Below, piece by piece: positions 50,280-62,639 of a stretch of DNA of 64,000 nt (its first letter is position 1; every line of letters starts with the position of its first letter). The translations under genes and the position numbers were made by a program. The notes beneath the pieces are model-generated. The model did not search any database and had not been told where the DNA came from. It saw only the letters and a list, made by a program, of their open reading frames with translations. The stretch spans positions 27,838,001 to 27,902,000 of the forward strand of contig NC_135673.1 of assembly GCF_964188315.1 (NCBI RefSeq), given 5' to 3'. This stretch comes from Podarcis muralis (taxonomy: Eukaryota).

Positions 50280-51170
50280 GCTGTAGCCATATCTGGATCA
50301 GGAGGATCTGACTACTAGAGTCCTAGCATTGGTAACCTTGAGACTTGTTGTTGTTTAGTCATTTAGTCGTGTCCGACTCTTCGTGACCCCATGGACCAGA
50401 GCACGCCAGGCACCTCTGTCCTCCACTACTTCCCGCAGTTTGGTCAAACTCATGCTGGTAACCTCGAAAACACTATCCAACCATCTCATCCTCTGTCACC
50501 CCCTTCTCCTTGTGCCCTCCATCTTTCCCAGCATCAGTGTCTTCTCCAGGGAGTCTTCTCTTCTCATGAGGTGGCCAAAGTACTGGAGCCTCAGCTTCAT
50601 GATCTGTCCTTCCAGTGAGCACTCAGGGCTGATTTCCTTAAGAATGGATGCGTTTGATCTTCTTGCCCTTGAAACTAGATTACTGCAATGTGAGGCTGCC
50701 CTTGGCCCTGAAACTCCAGCTGGTGCAGGTGATGTGACACCTCTGCTAAAACATCTCCATTGGCTGCTCATCTGCTACCAGGCCAGGTTGAACTCTCTTA
50801 TGTTAACATACAAAGCCCTGACCACTTGGATCTTGTATCTTTTACAGACTGCCTGAGCCCTTATATCCTAGCTGAGATAATCCAGAGTAGCAATGTTAGT
50901 TGCCCTTCATGCCACAGAGGCCCAACTTACCTCAAACAAAAGTTAGGCATTTAGTGTTGCCCATCTCCGTGCTGGGGAACATTCTTTAAGCAGAAATACA
51001 TCAGACATCTTCACTTTTGACTTTTAAGTGTCTCTTCAAGATTTTTTTATGCCAACAGGCCCACATAGCAGTTTTGAATAACTTTTGTTTAACCATTTTA
51101 AAACAATTGTTTTGCAAGGTTTTTAATGTTGTTTTGTATTTTATTGTTTTATCATATGTTGCTGTAAACT
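50280..51170 (+). mobile_element. L2 LINE 3' fragment interrupted by Bov-B
   Basis: Removing the Bov-B insert restores ALVTLKLDYCN-like L2 ORF2 sequence, then LHWL and an L2-type tail. Confidence 0.7.
50346..50666 (-). mobile_element. Bov-B (RTE) LINE 3' end
   Basis: Reverse-strand ORF end (GQIMKLRLQYFGHLMRREDSLEKTLMLGKMEGTRRRG), (CAA)n-type tail, TSD ccttgagact/ccttgaaact. Confidence 0.9.
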
Positions 51171-51358
51171 GTCCTGATATTTTATAAGATGGCAGCAGGG
51201 CTTTTTTTCCAGCTGGAACTCAATTCCAGCACCTCTCAGGTGGGTGCATTGCCATTATAAGAGAACAAGGGAGGTGTTCATGGTGAATTCAGGCACCTCT
51301 TTTATTAGAAAAATAGCACTGTGTTGTATATTAGTTGTTTATTGTATATACAACACAG

Positions 51359-51744
51359 GACGCTGTTGGCGCTGTGGTCTAAACCACTGAGCCACTTCGG
51401 CTTGCCGATCGGAAGATTGGTGGTTCGAATCCATGCAACGGGGTGAGCTCCCATTGCTCTGTCCCAGCTTCTGCCAACTAAGTGGTTTGAAAGCATACCA
51501 GTGCAAGTAGATTAAAAGGTACTGCTGCGGCAGGAAGGTAAACAGCGTTTTTGTGTGCTCTGACACTCGTCATGGTGTCCCATTGCGCCAGAAGCGGTTT
51601 AGTCATGCTGGCCACATGAACCGGAAAGCTGTCTATGGACAAGTGCCGGCTCCCTTGGCCTGAAAAGCAAGATGAGCACTGCACCCGACAGTCGCCTTTG
51701 ACCGGACTTAACCGTCCAGGGGTCCTTTACCTTACCTTTACCTT
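51359..51744 (-). mobile_element. Sauria SINE (older subfamily)
   Basis: 10-bp TSD tacaacacag at 51349-51358 and 51745-51754. Confidence 0.85.
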
Positions 51745-52135
51745 TACAACACAGAGCAAAAAATATATAGGAACTTGCTGTCATTCCATCCCAAATACTC
51801 TAGCTAAACTTGAACCTAGCTTTCCTACTTTTATTTTCCTTCCTTCCTTCCTTCTCCATTGTTTTTTTTTCCTTACTGATGTAGATAAAACTAACTCAGC
51901 TTATCATTCTTTCACATATAGATTATTGCACAGTATTATTTTCTGATCTTCCTATCTCACATTGTAAGCTGCTTATCTCTGTCCTTAATTCTTCTGCTTA
52001 CTGATCTTGCACAGCAGTCCAACATGTATCTCCTTTTTTCTTCTCTCTTCCTCATTTCATATTGAATAGGAGGTGCCGCACCTTGTTTTCCTTACCTCGC
52101 TACTCTGCTTTCAATATATTTACCTTCTTGCATTG

Positions 52136-52906
52136 TGTGACCAGGTGGCAACAGCCCCAGTCCCCAGGGATATGGAATTAAAATTAGGCCAAACTTTATT
52201 AAACTTCTGAATGTAGGAAGACCTTGGCTTAGGCCTTGGGCATGTATACCTCCCAGTCCCTCAGCCGGGGGGAACTGGGGCTCATCAGGGTAAATGGGAT
52301 ATGGGGGTGCTTTGTGAGACATAAGTGTAGCAGGCAACCAAGCCCATATCCCCACATGCAGGGTAGTTCATTGATGACCTTTCAGTGTATGGCCAGTGAC
52401 ACACATACATAGCCCCTTTAAGAGGGGACCCTGAAATCCCTGCCGCAGGGGGGTGAGTCACCACTTCACCCCACCCCCCACCCCATATAGGGGAGAAAAG
52501 ACTACAGGATTCCACCCAAGGCCATAACCGCCAAAGTTGTGACGAATTGCTACGGGGAAGACAAAACCTTCCAATGCAGGGAAATTTCTTCCCATTCCTT
52601 CAACAGTAACCAGTCAAAGACTGTAGCAGCGCCCTCTAAACAGGAAGAAAAAGTTAATCCGCTAACAAGAAACATTAAACAAAGGGAGGGTAGGAAGGGT
52701 GAACCTCCAGAGCCGACTGCCTGGCTATTGTTGGCTCCACCCCTGTTTATAAATGTGGCTGAGCCCACCTCCCAGCAAAAAACTTGATTACTGAGGCTGG
52801 GTGTGAACCTCCAAAAATTAACACTGAGAGGCAAGCCAGCCCCTATTTGCCAGTAAGCTCCCTGGGAACCGTAGCACCACGTGCGATCCTTCAAAGGGCA
52901 CCCACA
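52136..52906 (-). mobile_element. Solo-LTR-like element, divergent copy 3
   Basis: Shares aactttatt, aagttgtgacga.ttgctacg, gggagggtagg and cacgtgc landmarks in the same order as copies 1 and 2. Confidence 0.5.
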
Positions 52907-53185
52907 ATGTAAAGTGTGAGTGCTCATTCTCCATTCTTCTGTTGGCTATTGCACCACCAACTTCATTCTAAACTCTCCCCTCAGCTGGCCCCCACCTGCC
53001 TAGCTCTTTACTTACCACCAGTCCAGGGGCTGTTATCTCCAACTATGGGTCACCTAGCCTTTTATCACCCCCCATTGGAGATTCACCCTTCCCCTTCTTG
53101 CACAGGTACTTCATTGTGTGGAGAAAAAGTAGGGCATAGATGTATGGATGGTAAGCAAGGAATGCTGAAATTGTCGCGCACGCAC

Positions 53186-53186
<1 letters not shown>

Positions 53187-53212
<26 letters not shown>
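53187..53212. repeat. (CA)n microsatellite
   Basis: Direct reading. Confidence 0.9.
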
Positions 53213-53216
<4 letters not shown>

Positions 53217-53368
53217 ATATCCATGGTGTTTCTATTGTTAAGTCTCTTTGAGATGTTTCCTAGGAAGAGATCGTAAATGCAGGTAAATAAATAAATAATG
53301 CATTCTTCCCAGCCGTTGATCCTTTGGCTGCTGTATTGCAACATTTTTTCCTGTATTATCCATTTCAG

Positions 53369-53585
53369 ATGGTTTGACAGACTGTATAGACCCTGACTGC
53401 TGCCAGCAAAGCAATTGCTATTCAAGCCCGCTCTGTCAAGGGTCCCCTGATCCCCTTGACCTCATTCAGCAGAGCCAGCCTCCTTTCTCTCAGCATCCTC
53501 CAAGGCTCTTTTATGATAGAATCAAGTTTCTTATTGGCAAGGAAAGCACTCATGTAATCCGAGGAGATGTCTCATTTGAGAGCAG
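53369..53585 (+). CDS. TENM1: Teneurin-1 exon, Cys-rich segment ([23 protein letters not shown]...[11 protein letters not shown])
   Basis: tttcag acceptor, AG|gtaagt donor, 217 nt, phase 1-2; teneurin DCxDPDCC motif. Confidence 0.96.
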
Positions 53586-53669
53586 GTAAGTGTTTTGTGT
53601 GTTTTCTTTACTACTGAAAGCTGCTTTCCAAATTGAAGGTACTCAACCACTACACGGGTAGGAATGGTT

Positions 53670-53670
<1 letters not shown>

Positions 53671-53707
<37 letters not shown>
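53671..53707. repeat. (GT)n microsatellite
   Basis: Direct reading. Confidence 0.95.
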
Positions 53708-53708
<1 letters not shown>

Positions 53709-56700
53709 AATTAAATGATCCTTTATAACTTCTTTGGGGAATATTGCCTGGTCTTCTCCACGCTTAAAATAAAGCCATAAACAGATATTTTAGATTTGCT
53801 GCATAGGTCTTTTACACATATATACTGTTTTCAGTTTTCAGTCATGAAATAGTGTTGACATGCAAAAATGTCTAACTTAATAATAACTTAATAAAAAATA
53901 GTTTACATTTGTTTACATTTAAAACAACAGGAAGAATGCTGCAGTCCTTTTAAAGCTTTTTTGGGAAGCTCTGACCAAGAAGGATACTTCCTTTTGAAAG
54001 ATAAATGGCCCCATGTAGAATCATCTCAGGAGCTCATGGTCACATTCTATGATATTTCTGTATTTTTGGTTGAATTCTGATGCTATTTTATGTTGCTTTG
54101 ATTGATGTATATCTTGTACTTTTATTGTATGTTTCTTTTGAGTTCATATGTGTTAATCTTGTTCACTGCTTTGGGGACCTTTGGGCTAAAAAGTTGTATA
54201 TAAATGAAACGTACCATGCCATAAGGACTCCCCACATGTGGTAAATGAGCACACCACAGACAGGATGATGTATGCTGATGCACTAGTTTGCTACACGCAG
54301 GAAAGGCTGTGTGTCTTTGGAATGTTTTCAGGCATAGGACCAAAATTTATGGAAGGGCCATAGCAGCTTAGCAGTAGAACAACATTTCAGTCTCCAGCAT
54401 CTTCAGATAGGAAGGTCTTACCTGAAACCCTGAAGAGCCTCTGGCAATCAATGTCAATGATACTAAGCTGGGTGAACTAATGGCCTGACCCAGTAAAAGG
54501 CAGCTTCCTATTCCCTTGCCCAAAGAATTCAGGGGCTATAACAGAATAGGCTCTGACTGCTGTGGAAGGAACTGTAGCTCAATGGTAAGTTCATAGTTTG
54601 GATGCAGAAGGTCCCAAGTTCAATCCTTGACATCTCCATTGGGGTGGGGGGGAGATCCAGGAGGCCGATGAGACACTGGAAAGCTAGTCAATATTTAACA
54701 CTGGGCTAGATGTACAAATACTTATATTCCTGTGAAAAAGTTGAAATCTGGAACTGGGCTTCTTCGTTGGTTGTTCTTAAATTGGGGAGAAATTTCCAAA
54801 GGCAAAGTGACGCTTCATATGTGGGGCTAAGCTGGTGCAGTTTGTGAAGGAAGAGCCATTTGGGAGACTCTTGAATGATGTACATGATGTAGATCTGTGT
54901 CAGTTTGTTTGGAATGGCATGGAGGGGGTAATCTGTGGACAGAAACCAGCATAGTAGAGAAGAACAGAAAGATCTTCCTGATCTAACAAATAGCTCTGTG
55001 TACCTTACACCAATAAAGACATTTAAACCAGTTTGTTCTGTTGTTGAACTAAAAATGAGCAGGATCCTACAGCCACAACAAACCTCTGAAGGTGGCTTGC
55101 TTAAGCAGGTAGTATCAGGCTGGAGTTGCATGAGCTTGGCTAAGTCTAAGCAGAAAAGACTCTCCTGGATCAGAGCAAAGGCCTATCTAGTCCAGCATCC
55201 TGTTTCCCACAGTAGCTAGCCCTGATGTCTCTTGAAAGGTTCAGCATCATGACATGAGGGCAATAGCCATCTCCTGTAGTTCCCAAGTAACTGTATTGAG
55301 AAGCGATGCTGCTTTTTCTCCTGGAGGCAACATACTGCCATTATGGCTATTAGTCTTATCCTCCTGACAAGGTCTGGAGTTCAACTGAGCCCTTCTGTAC
55401 ATCTTGATCTCTCCTTTCACGAAAAGTAGAGTGACTTTAAAGAGTAGTCATTTATCTTTGAGCCTTGCTATTATGGCTCACAGTCTATTGGAAGCATTGG
55501 GGTGCAACTCTGCTTGGAGGCTGATGTGCCTACATAGGAAAAAGTAGATAGAGGGAGTAACCTCCCAGGTTTCCTCAACTGTCCTTTCTGACCTAACCTG
55601 TGGTGACCTTTCCTCAGGTGCTAGACTGATAGGCTTTTTGACCTCATTACCTGCTTCCTGCTTCTTCATCCTCACCTTAGGAGAGGATACGTCTTTTCTG
55701 TCCTGCTTACTGAGGTACAAGAGCAAGCATGGCTCAAGGCAATGTCACCTTAGCTAGGATATTTCTTAGCCAGCATATACTTTCCTGAATGAATGTAGCT
55801 TTCTTATTTTCCTAAACTCAGAGTCTCATGGTGATTCTATCCAAGTTAAGTGTGCCCTTCAGTAGGAATGCACAGTATTAAGTTCAACTTCTGGTTAGCG
55901 TTTTAACTCCAAATGCCAGCACAGTCAGCATGAGGCCTCTGGGGTACAGAAGGGACAGTTCCTTAGGGTGAATCTGGTTCAAGAGGTGCTGCCTCTTGGG
56001 GGCCTGTTTTGGTTCTCTGGTCAAAGGGGCTGCTGGCTGACTGGCTCAGGCCTGGTAGCAAGGCCTAGGTTCAGTCCCTCCATGGCTTGCACCACTGGTC
56101 TTCCTGAACCAGCTGGCCACTCCTTCTCTGTCAGGGAATAGTATGATGTAATTCCTCATCCAGCCAGGAAATTCTCATCAGTTCTTATTCAAACATGGAA
56201 TTATCATCAATGTGCCTTAGATTCAGTTTGCTGAAAAATAATGGTGGTTGTGTGAGTGAATGATATACCTTTGAGTCTATAATACATATGTGTGTTTCGG
56301 TGTGACTATAGAGAAGTAGTTTAATGCTCTGAAGGCAAGGTTACTGATATTTTCCTCTGAAAAGGGAGTAACATTTGAAATATGCAGCTCATAAGGTTTT
56401 ATACAGCAGCCCACCCCAGGCAACTATAATTTATGTACTGGTGTCGACAGCCACAGATCATCCATAATACCTAACAGTTTCTCATGTACCTTGGCCTGTA
56501 AATTAGATTTCTTGGTTCTTAAACATTGTTGTACTGAAGGAGAAAATATAGCTAGTTGTGCTGATGTACTAGAGAGGGAGAAATCCCAAAATAAGGATAG
56601 GATAATATCTTTATTAGATCAGTGCCTGGATTGGCAGCCACCTGAGGACTCCACACACACCACTCTGAGATCCATCATGAAAGATAAGCAGGATATGAAT

Positions 56701-57294
56701 GTAATTAAATAAAAAATATTAGGTTAGACCATGCTAGGTGTAAAACAGATTTGAGGTTGCACCAAAGGTTAATAGGAAGAAGGGGAAAAAACAACCATTC
56801 TACCTTTGAAAACAAAAAAGGCAACATTTGGATTCATTTCCTATGTGCTGCAATTAACACGATATGGATCTTAATTGTTCTTTGTGCTGAATGTCAAAAT
56901 TGCATGCCAAACATGCTTTTAAAGGAAGCTGGGAGGCTTGTATGATGTGGAAACAATAAGAGGCAGGTATTAAAATGCCCCTGTGAAGGAATGGGGCTTT
57001 CAGCATTTTGTGTTTTTGTATGCAAGTAATGGGTTATAGAATGGTTTTGCTCTAAAGGATCTCATGCATAAGAAGGTTAAAAAAACAACTCACACAAATG
57101 TTAAAAGTTCAAGGGAATGTTTTGCTCAGAATGCTGTTCACAGGAGGGTCAAAAGTTTAAGAGGATATGTTTTGCGCAGGAGATTAAAAAGTTGTTCCTA
57201 AGAACATGGCAATTCAAGGGAAGTAGAAACTTAACTAAGATACTACTCATCTACTGATTAATTAAAGTGCTGGAAGTTAGCTAAACATCAAGGA

Positions 57295-57352
57295 CTTTGT
57301 TGTGAAGAGCTGGAGTTTAAGAGCTTTGTTGTGAAGAGCTGGAGTTTAAGAG
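57295..57352. repeat. Perfect 29-bp tandem duplication within an LTR-like stretch
   Basis: ctttgttgtgaagagctggagtttaagag x2. Confidence 0.9.
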
Positions 57353-57724
57353 AATAAGAGGGATAAACAGTTTTTAAGACTGTGTGAACACTGGAAAGTG
57401 TTGGCGTTTCCAGTTGGATGCTGCAGGAGGAAGAAACCAAGAGAAGACCACAAAGGGATCCACAAGCTGAACTGTGGGGTGAAAATTGTTAAGTATTGGC
57501 TTGATTCAGGAAACATTCTAGAATAGGTATAGCTGGATGCTTTTATCTGTTAAACTCTAATGGATAACTAAGCAAACTTTAAAATTTGAGTCTTTCGCCC
57601 CGAATTTTTTTTCCTCAACCTACTTAACTTTTCATTTTGCTAAATTCTTAAGTAAAATCATAATACGGTCTGAAACATTATTATTCACCCTGTGTCTGAA
57701 TGCTGTACCACTTTATCTAATACT

Positions 57725-58045
57725 GGAAGAAAAGAAGAGACTGAGAGGAGATGTGATAGCCATCTTCAAATATCTAAAGGGCTGTCACATGGAAGAAGGA
57801 GCAAGCTTGTTTTCTCCTGCTCTGGAGGGTAGGACCCAAACCAATAGATTAAAGTTACAATAAAGGAGATTCCAACTAAACACCACAAAGTATTTTCAGT
57901 AAGAACTGTCTGACAGTGGAACAGACTTCCTCGGAAGGTGGTGGACTCTCTTTCATGGGAGACTTTAGTTGAGATTCCTGCATTGCAGGGGGGTTGGACT
58001 AGATGCCCCTTGGGGTCCTTTTTAGCTTTACAATTCTATGATTCT
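57725..58045 (+). mobile_element. CR1 LINE 3' fragment
   Basis: gccatcttcaaatatctaaagggctgtcacatgg body and ttctatgattct tail. Confidence 0.85.
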
Positions 58046-60119
58046 AAGTTCAGAAGCACTGTTTGGTATGAGCAGCCAGAGACGGGGGAAATATATCTAC
58101 AGAGTGACAGCAGTGAGGTTTTTAAAAAAGGGGGAGTTGGTTTGGCTGATTTGTTTGAGAGGAATAAAAAGAGAAGCAAGGCAGAGACTTTCATAATTGA
58201 TAGGCAATGGCTTGACTGTTTTGGGAACTGTACTGGACTGTGATTTCAGGACTGACCCTAGGATTCCATCCCTGAATCTTCTTCAGAGACAGGAGCCTGT
58301 CTGTACAGATTGAACCTTTCTCTTTGCATTGGACCTGAACCTGTATTTGATCATTGACTCCTCTCTAGTGTTGCCGTTGGGACTGTTGTCAGTAGCACTT
58401 TCTGCTTACACTACACTGCTTTCTGTGTGCACTATTGGGACTTACCTCAATGTAAGCCAGGTTTCAGGACAGTTTGTGTACCCATGTTTACAAACCTATG
58501 GTTATTCACACGCGTAGTGAACTCTTTCAGTTCTAGGAATTATCTCTTTCAGTTAAACCAAGTTGACTGAACTAATTCAAAAACCTCTAAACTAAACCTG
58601 AAAGTAGTTTCCATAATTAAAGACAAATTAAGTTCATTTTTGGGGGTAGAACTTTGAATGATTCCTAGTTCATCTTCAAGTTCACTCCCTTTCTCTCTTA
58701 GCTTTATTTTAAAAAAAAGTAAGTCAAGTGGATATTTCTAAAGTTAGAAAACAAAAAGTGGAAGCAGCATTATAAGTTTCAGGCTATACTGTTGCTAAGC
58801 ACTTTTAGCACTTAATCAGGAACAGCAGGAAGCACAATGTTGATGGAGTGTCTCCATCAAAAGAAGGAGGAGCAAAGAGGAGGAGATGCTGCAGTTGAAA
58901 CAACCACCACCACCCAAGGTCACAACAAAGGATTTCATGGCATTCACCCCTGGAGAGGATCCCTATGTGACTCTTCTTACTTTGCATGAACATTTCCTGT
59001 GACACTTGGCAAAAATCAATATCAATACTAAGCATTGGTGCAATGTATCAAGTATTCAGAGCATATCACATACATTATCTCAGTAATCCTTGATACAACC
59101 CTGTAAAGGTGACTATTGTTTTATCTCTGTATTGCAAACACTGAGATAGGGGAGTTGACATGGCTTAGTTCATGGCAGAGAGAAAATTTTGACTGGTGCT
59201 TACTAGATTTCACTAATAGTCACAATATAACACCAGTGTTCAGACTGCCCTTCAGTCACTTACCTTTCATGATGGACCCCTTAGCACTTCTAAATGAGCC
59301 AAATATATCAACCTACTTAAAGCGTGAAAAGACTTGACAGTCTGATGTTCATACTGTGGCCATGGATTGAGGGTGTGCATATTAAAATAGTTTACCCGTT
59401 TTTAGCCACATGTTGCTAGCAATTTGCTTGATTTGCCTTCATGCATGTGACTAAAATTATTCTAGGCCTTGAGTTAATTGCCCTCCCGAGGCTGCTTAGA
59501 CCAGGGTTGTCAGTAGGAAGGAAATGAATAAACCTTACTAGACCTTTTTTCCTTAATACATTTCACTGCAACATTTGATGCAATAAATTATACATTTCTT
59601 TGAGTAAAATTGTCATTTGTTAGTTTGTCTATCAGACATACACTTCAGCAGTTAATGCCTCTTCTGTTGGTCAGAAAAGACTTGTAATGTTATATGTAAG
59701 ACAATGTACAAGCAATTGAAAATGCAAGACATACTGCTAGAGAAAGAAATCATTGAGCCTAAGGCTATCCATAACTACTAGTCATGATGGCTATGTTCTA
59801 CCACCACTATCAGAGGCAGTATGCCTGTGAATATGAGTTACTATAAAGAATAAGTGAAGAGGCTGCAGTAGTACTCAGGTCCTGCTTGTGGGCTACACAT
59901 AGGCATCTGGGTGGGTACTAGAGCAACAGGATGCTGGACTAGATGGGTCATTGGCTAGATTCAGCAGGCTCTTATTGTTGTTGGTGTTGGCATCTGTCTG
60001 TCTTGGGAGACAATGGAAGGTGCACTTTGAGGGGTGAAGTCAAACATTTGGAGAGTTGCAGCGCCTGCTACAGCTGTAGAGACCCATACGAGAGAGACAT
60101 AGTTTGTTGCAGCTGGGGC

Positions 60120-60810
60120 AGATGAAGGCTTCTGGTTTTGTGATGCAGATGCATCATGGTGTTTGTTCTCTCTGCACTCTATCCAGTGGCCACCCCTCCT
60201 TTGTTCACTCTTGTTGATGAATGACCTGTCTGTCTCCAGGCACTACAGTCTTCTGCAAGGGATTCCCACATGGCAGGGTTGATGTTTCTAGCCTTCATGT
60301 CTCACTTGCAGTCATCTTTGTAACAGATATTGATCTGCCAAGGGGCCTGGTGCCTGAAGACAGCTCCCCTGCGAATCCAGCTGTTTTGTGGACATGCCTA
60401 AACCAGTGCAGATGTCACTGAGACAGGAGTGTGAATGTGGTAGGACTGTGGTATTAGGTGAGCACATCTTTATTTGAGACTCTGCCCTGTCATGTGATGC
60501 CCCAAAATTTCCTGACAACAGCACATGTGGAAGGTGTTGAGGCATCGCTCCTGGTGGTTGTAAGTCACTTCCATAAAGCAGCATGCTCAACACGCAAGGC
60601 TGGAAGACCTTCATCTTAGGATCAGTTGTTAGCATTACATTCTCCCATACCGTTTTGGGAGAGGGAGAGGCAAGCCATTGCCATGACTGCCTTGCCAATA
60701 TGCTTATCCAGTTCAGTGTCAATGGAAAGGTTGCTGCTTATGGTGGATTCCTCTGCAAAATCCATGCAAGGGACCCTATTTTGTTAGGGGATTGCAATGC
60801 AAGCCCCTTC
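60120..60810 (-). mobile_element. RTE-clade LINE 3' fragment (not Bov-B)
   Basis: Minus-strand VWENVMLTTDPKMKVFQPCVLSMLLYGS resembles the RTE ORF region after the RT domain. Confidence 0.7.
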
Positions 60811-61272
60811 CTGAATCAGGTTGGAGTTTGTATGGAAACCTGCAAAACTGGGGAGGATTAAACCTTGCTCATCAGCTGGTGAGTGGGGGGTTAAATTATC
60901 CTTACTTTGACTGTGTGCACTGTTCCTCCTCCTGCCTCTTTAGCTCACACTGGCAATGCCATTTCAGCCTCAGTGGCCAAGGGAAATGGTGGACAATGGT
61001 AGAGCAAGATGGTTGCTGTGGACCCGCCTAGGCCTTTCATAACAATTCCTCCACAGCTCGCCTGGACCACCCACCTCTGTCTCAATCTATGCTTTTGTCT
61101 CTTATCTCCCTCTTCCGCTTCCCTTTCCCTCAGAGTCCATAACTGCTGTGATGGTGAAGCAGTTCTCAGAAGTTTATCATAACGCTGTACTTCACTGTAC
61201 ATCCTGTGCAACTATCATTGGATGTCTCAGTATTTCCTTTATTTATGTTCATTTCACCCTGTCTTAATGCAG

Positions 61273-61392
61273 ACGTGCTTGTGTTGTTCGAGGCCAGGTG
61301 GTAGCGATAGATGGAACCCCCCTGGTTGGCGTGAATGTGAGTTTCCAAAACCACAATGATTATGGATACACCATCAGCCGACAGGATGGAAG
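61273..61392 (+). CDS. TENM1: Teneurin-1 exon, start of Ig/TTR-like domain ([39 protein letters not shown])
   Basis: tgcag acceptor, AG|gtgaga donor, 120 nt, phase 2-2; [18 protein letters not shown] and TISRQDG motifs. Confidence 0.95.
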
Positions 61393-62639
61393 GTGAGATA
61401 GTTTATTCTGTGTCTTCTGATATTATTTTACTTCATTTTTGAGAAGCATTTGGTTAATTCAGTTGTTGAAAATAACTTGGCTGTCAACTAATTAAATAAT
61501 TAAGTCTGGAGACTCGTCTGTCTTTTAAACTGATAAGTTACTTGATTTTATTTTAATGCAGATCAGCAAAATATACAAATTTTGGTAAATATTTTTAGTT
61601 CATTTTTCAGTCGATAAAAGAAAAGTAAAGCAGCTATAACAAAAGATCAGAAATAGAGAACATTAATACAAAACAAAATAAATATATAGACATGCATGGT
61701 AAATGCAGTCTGTGGGTTGAGTAGAAAGGTGAAATTTGTACGTATTTGAATAAGGCACATTGGTAGTTTCTGTATAATTCCAAATTACCGAGTCTTGTGA
61801 TGGTAGTTTTCTTGAGAATATTGATGTTGCTCTATAAGTAATAAAAAATCCCAAGGTTCTAGTCCTTATCTAAATTTCAAATTACATGTAATTTTCTCCA
61901 GTACAAAATATACCACATGCACTATAACAAACATAAATGAACAAAAGTCCTCATTAGAAAATAAAATATACCTTCAATGCTTTATTTTTGCTATTGTTTT
62001 ATAGGTGATTGTATGGCTTTTGTTGTATTCATTGTACCACTTTTACTTTTTTCTGATTTTACATCATGCTTTGGACTTTTACATTTTTGTAAGTCACTTG
62101 GAGATTTCTTACGTGGCAAGCAACTAATAAATTGAAATAACAGTAATTGTAATACGCCACCCCAATATCTGAGCGACAAGAAATTCTAGGAGTTTCAGAC
62201 ACTTACTCAGTGTTCGGCTTTGTTGCAATGAGAGACAGTGGAGCCTGTTGTATCTTTGGGATATGTGGTTTATTGACACCAGTATGCAACCTGAACCTAA
62301 GGTGGAGGGGCTCACAGCATTAACAACCCAACAGATATTGCTTTTCCATTAGTGACAGCTTTGGATCCAGCACAGATCAAGCAAGTCCAGCTTCTCAACT
62401 TGTTTTTCCGATGAGTTCACGCACCACTACCTTGGCTGTTGTCCTTCTAACTACCAGGCAGGCAGGAAGGAGAAAGGCCCACCCATTTGCCATATGGCGC
62501 ACAGCAACTTCTTTGGTTATGCTACTCATGGCCCTTAAATGGCCAGCTAAGGCTATTGTCTTAAAATCACCTAGACAAACTATAGTTAGTCTATAAAAAT
62601 GAATGTGTTGCCAGTAATGTTGTTTTTGTTTCAATCAAT

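Noticed and set aside
52250-52295. Minus-strand CUGAUGA in LTR-like copy 3
   Set aside because: No GAAA after the candidate stem II; absent from copies 1 and 2
60945-61211. 88-aa antisense ORF near the last exon
   Set aside because: No recognisable motif; lies next to a decayed RTE fragment
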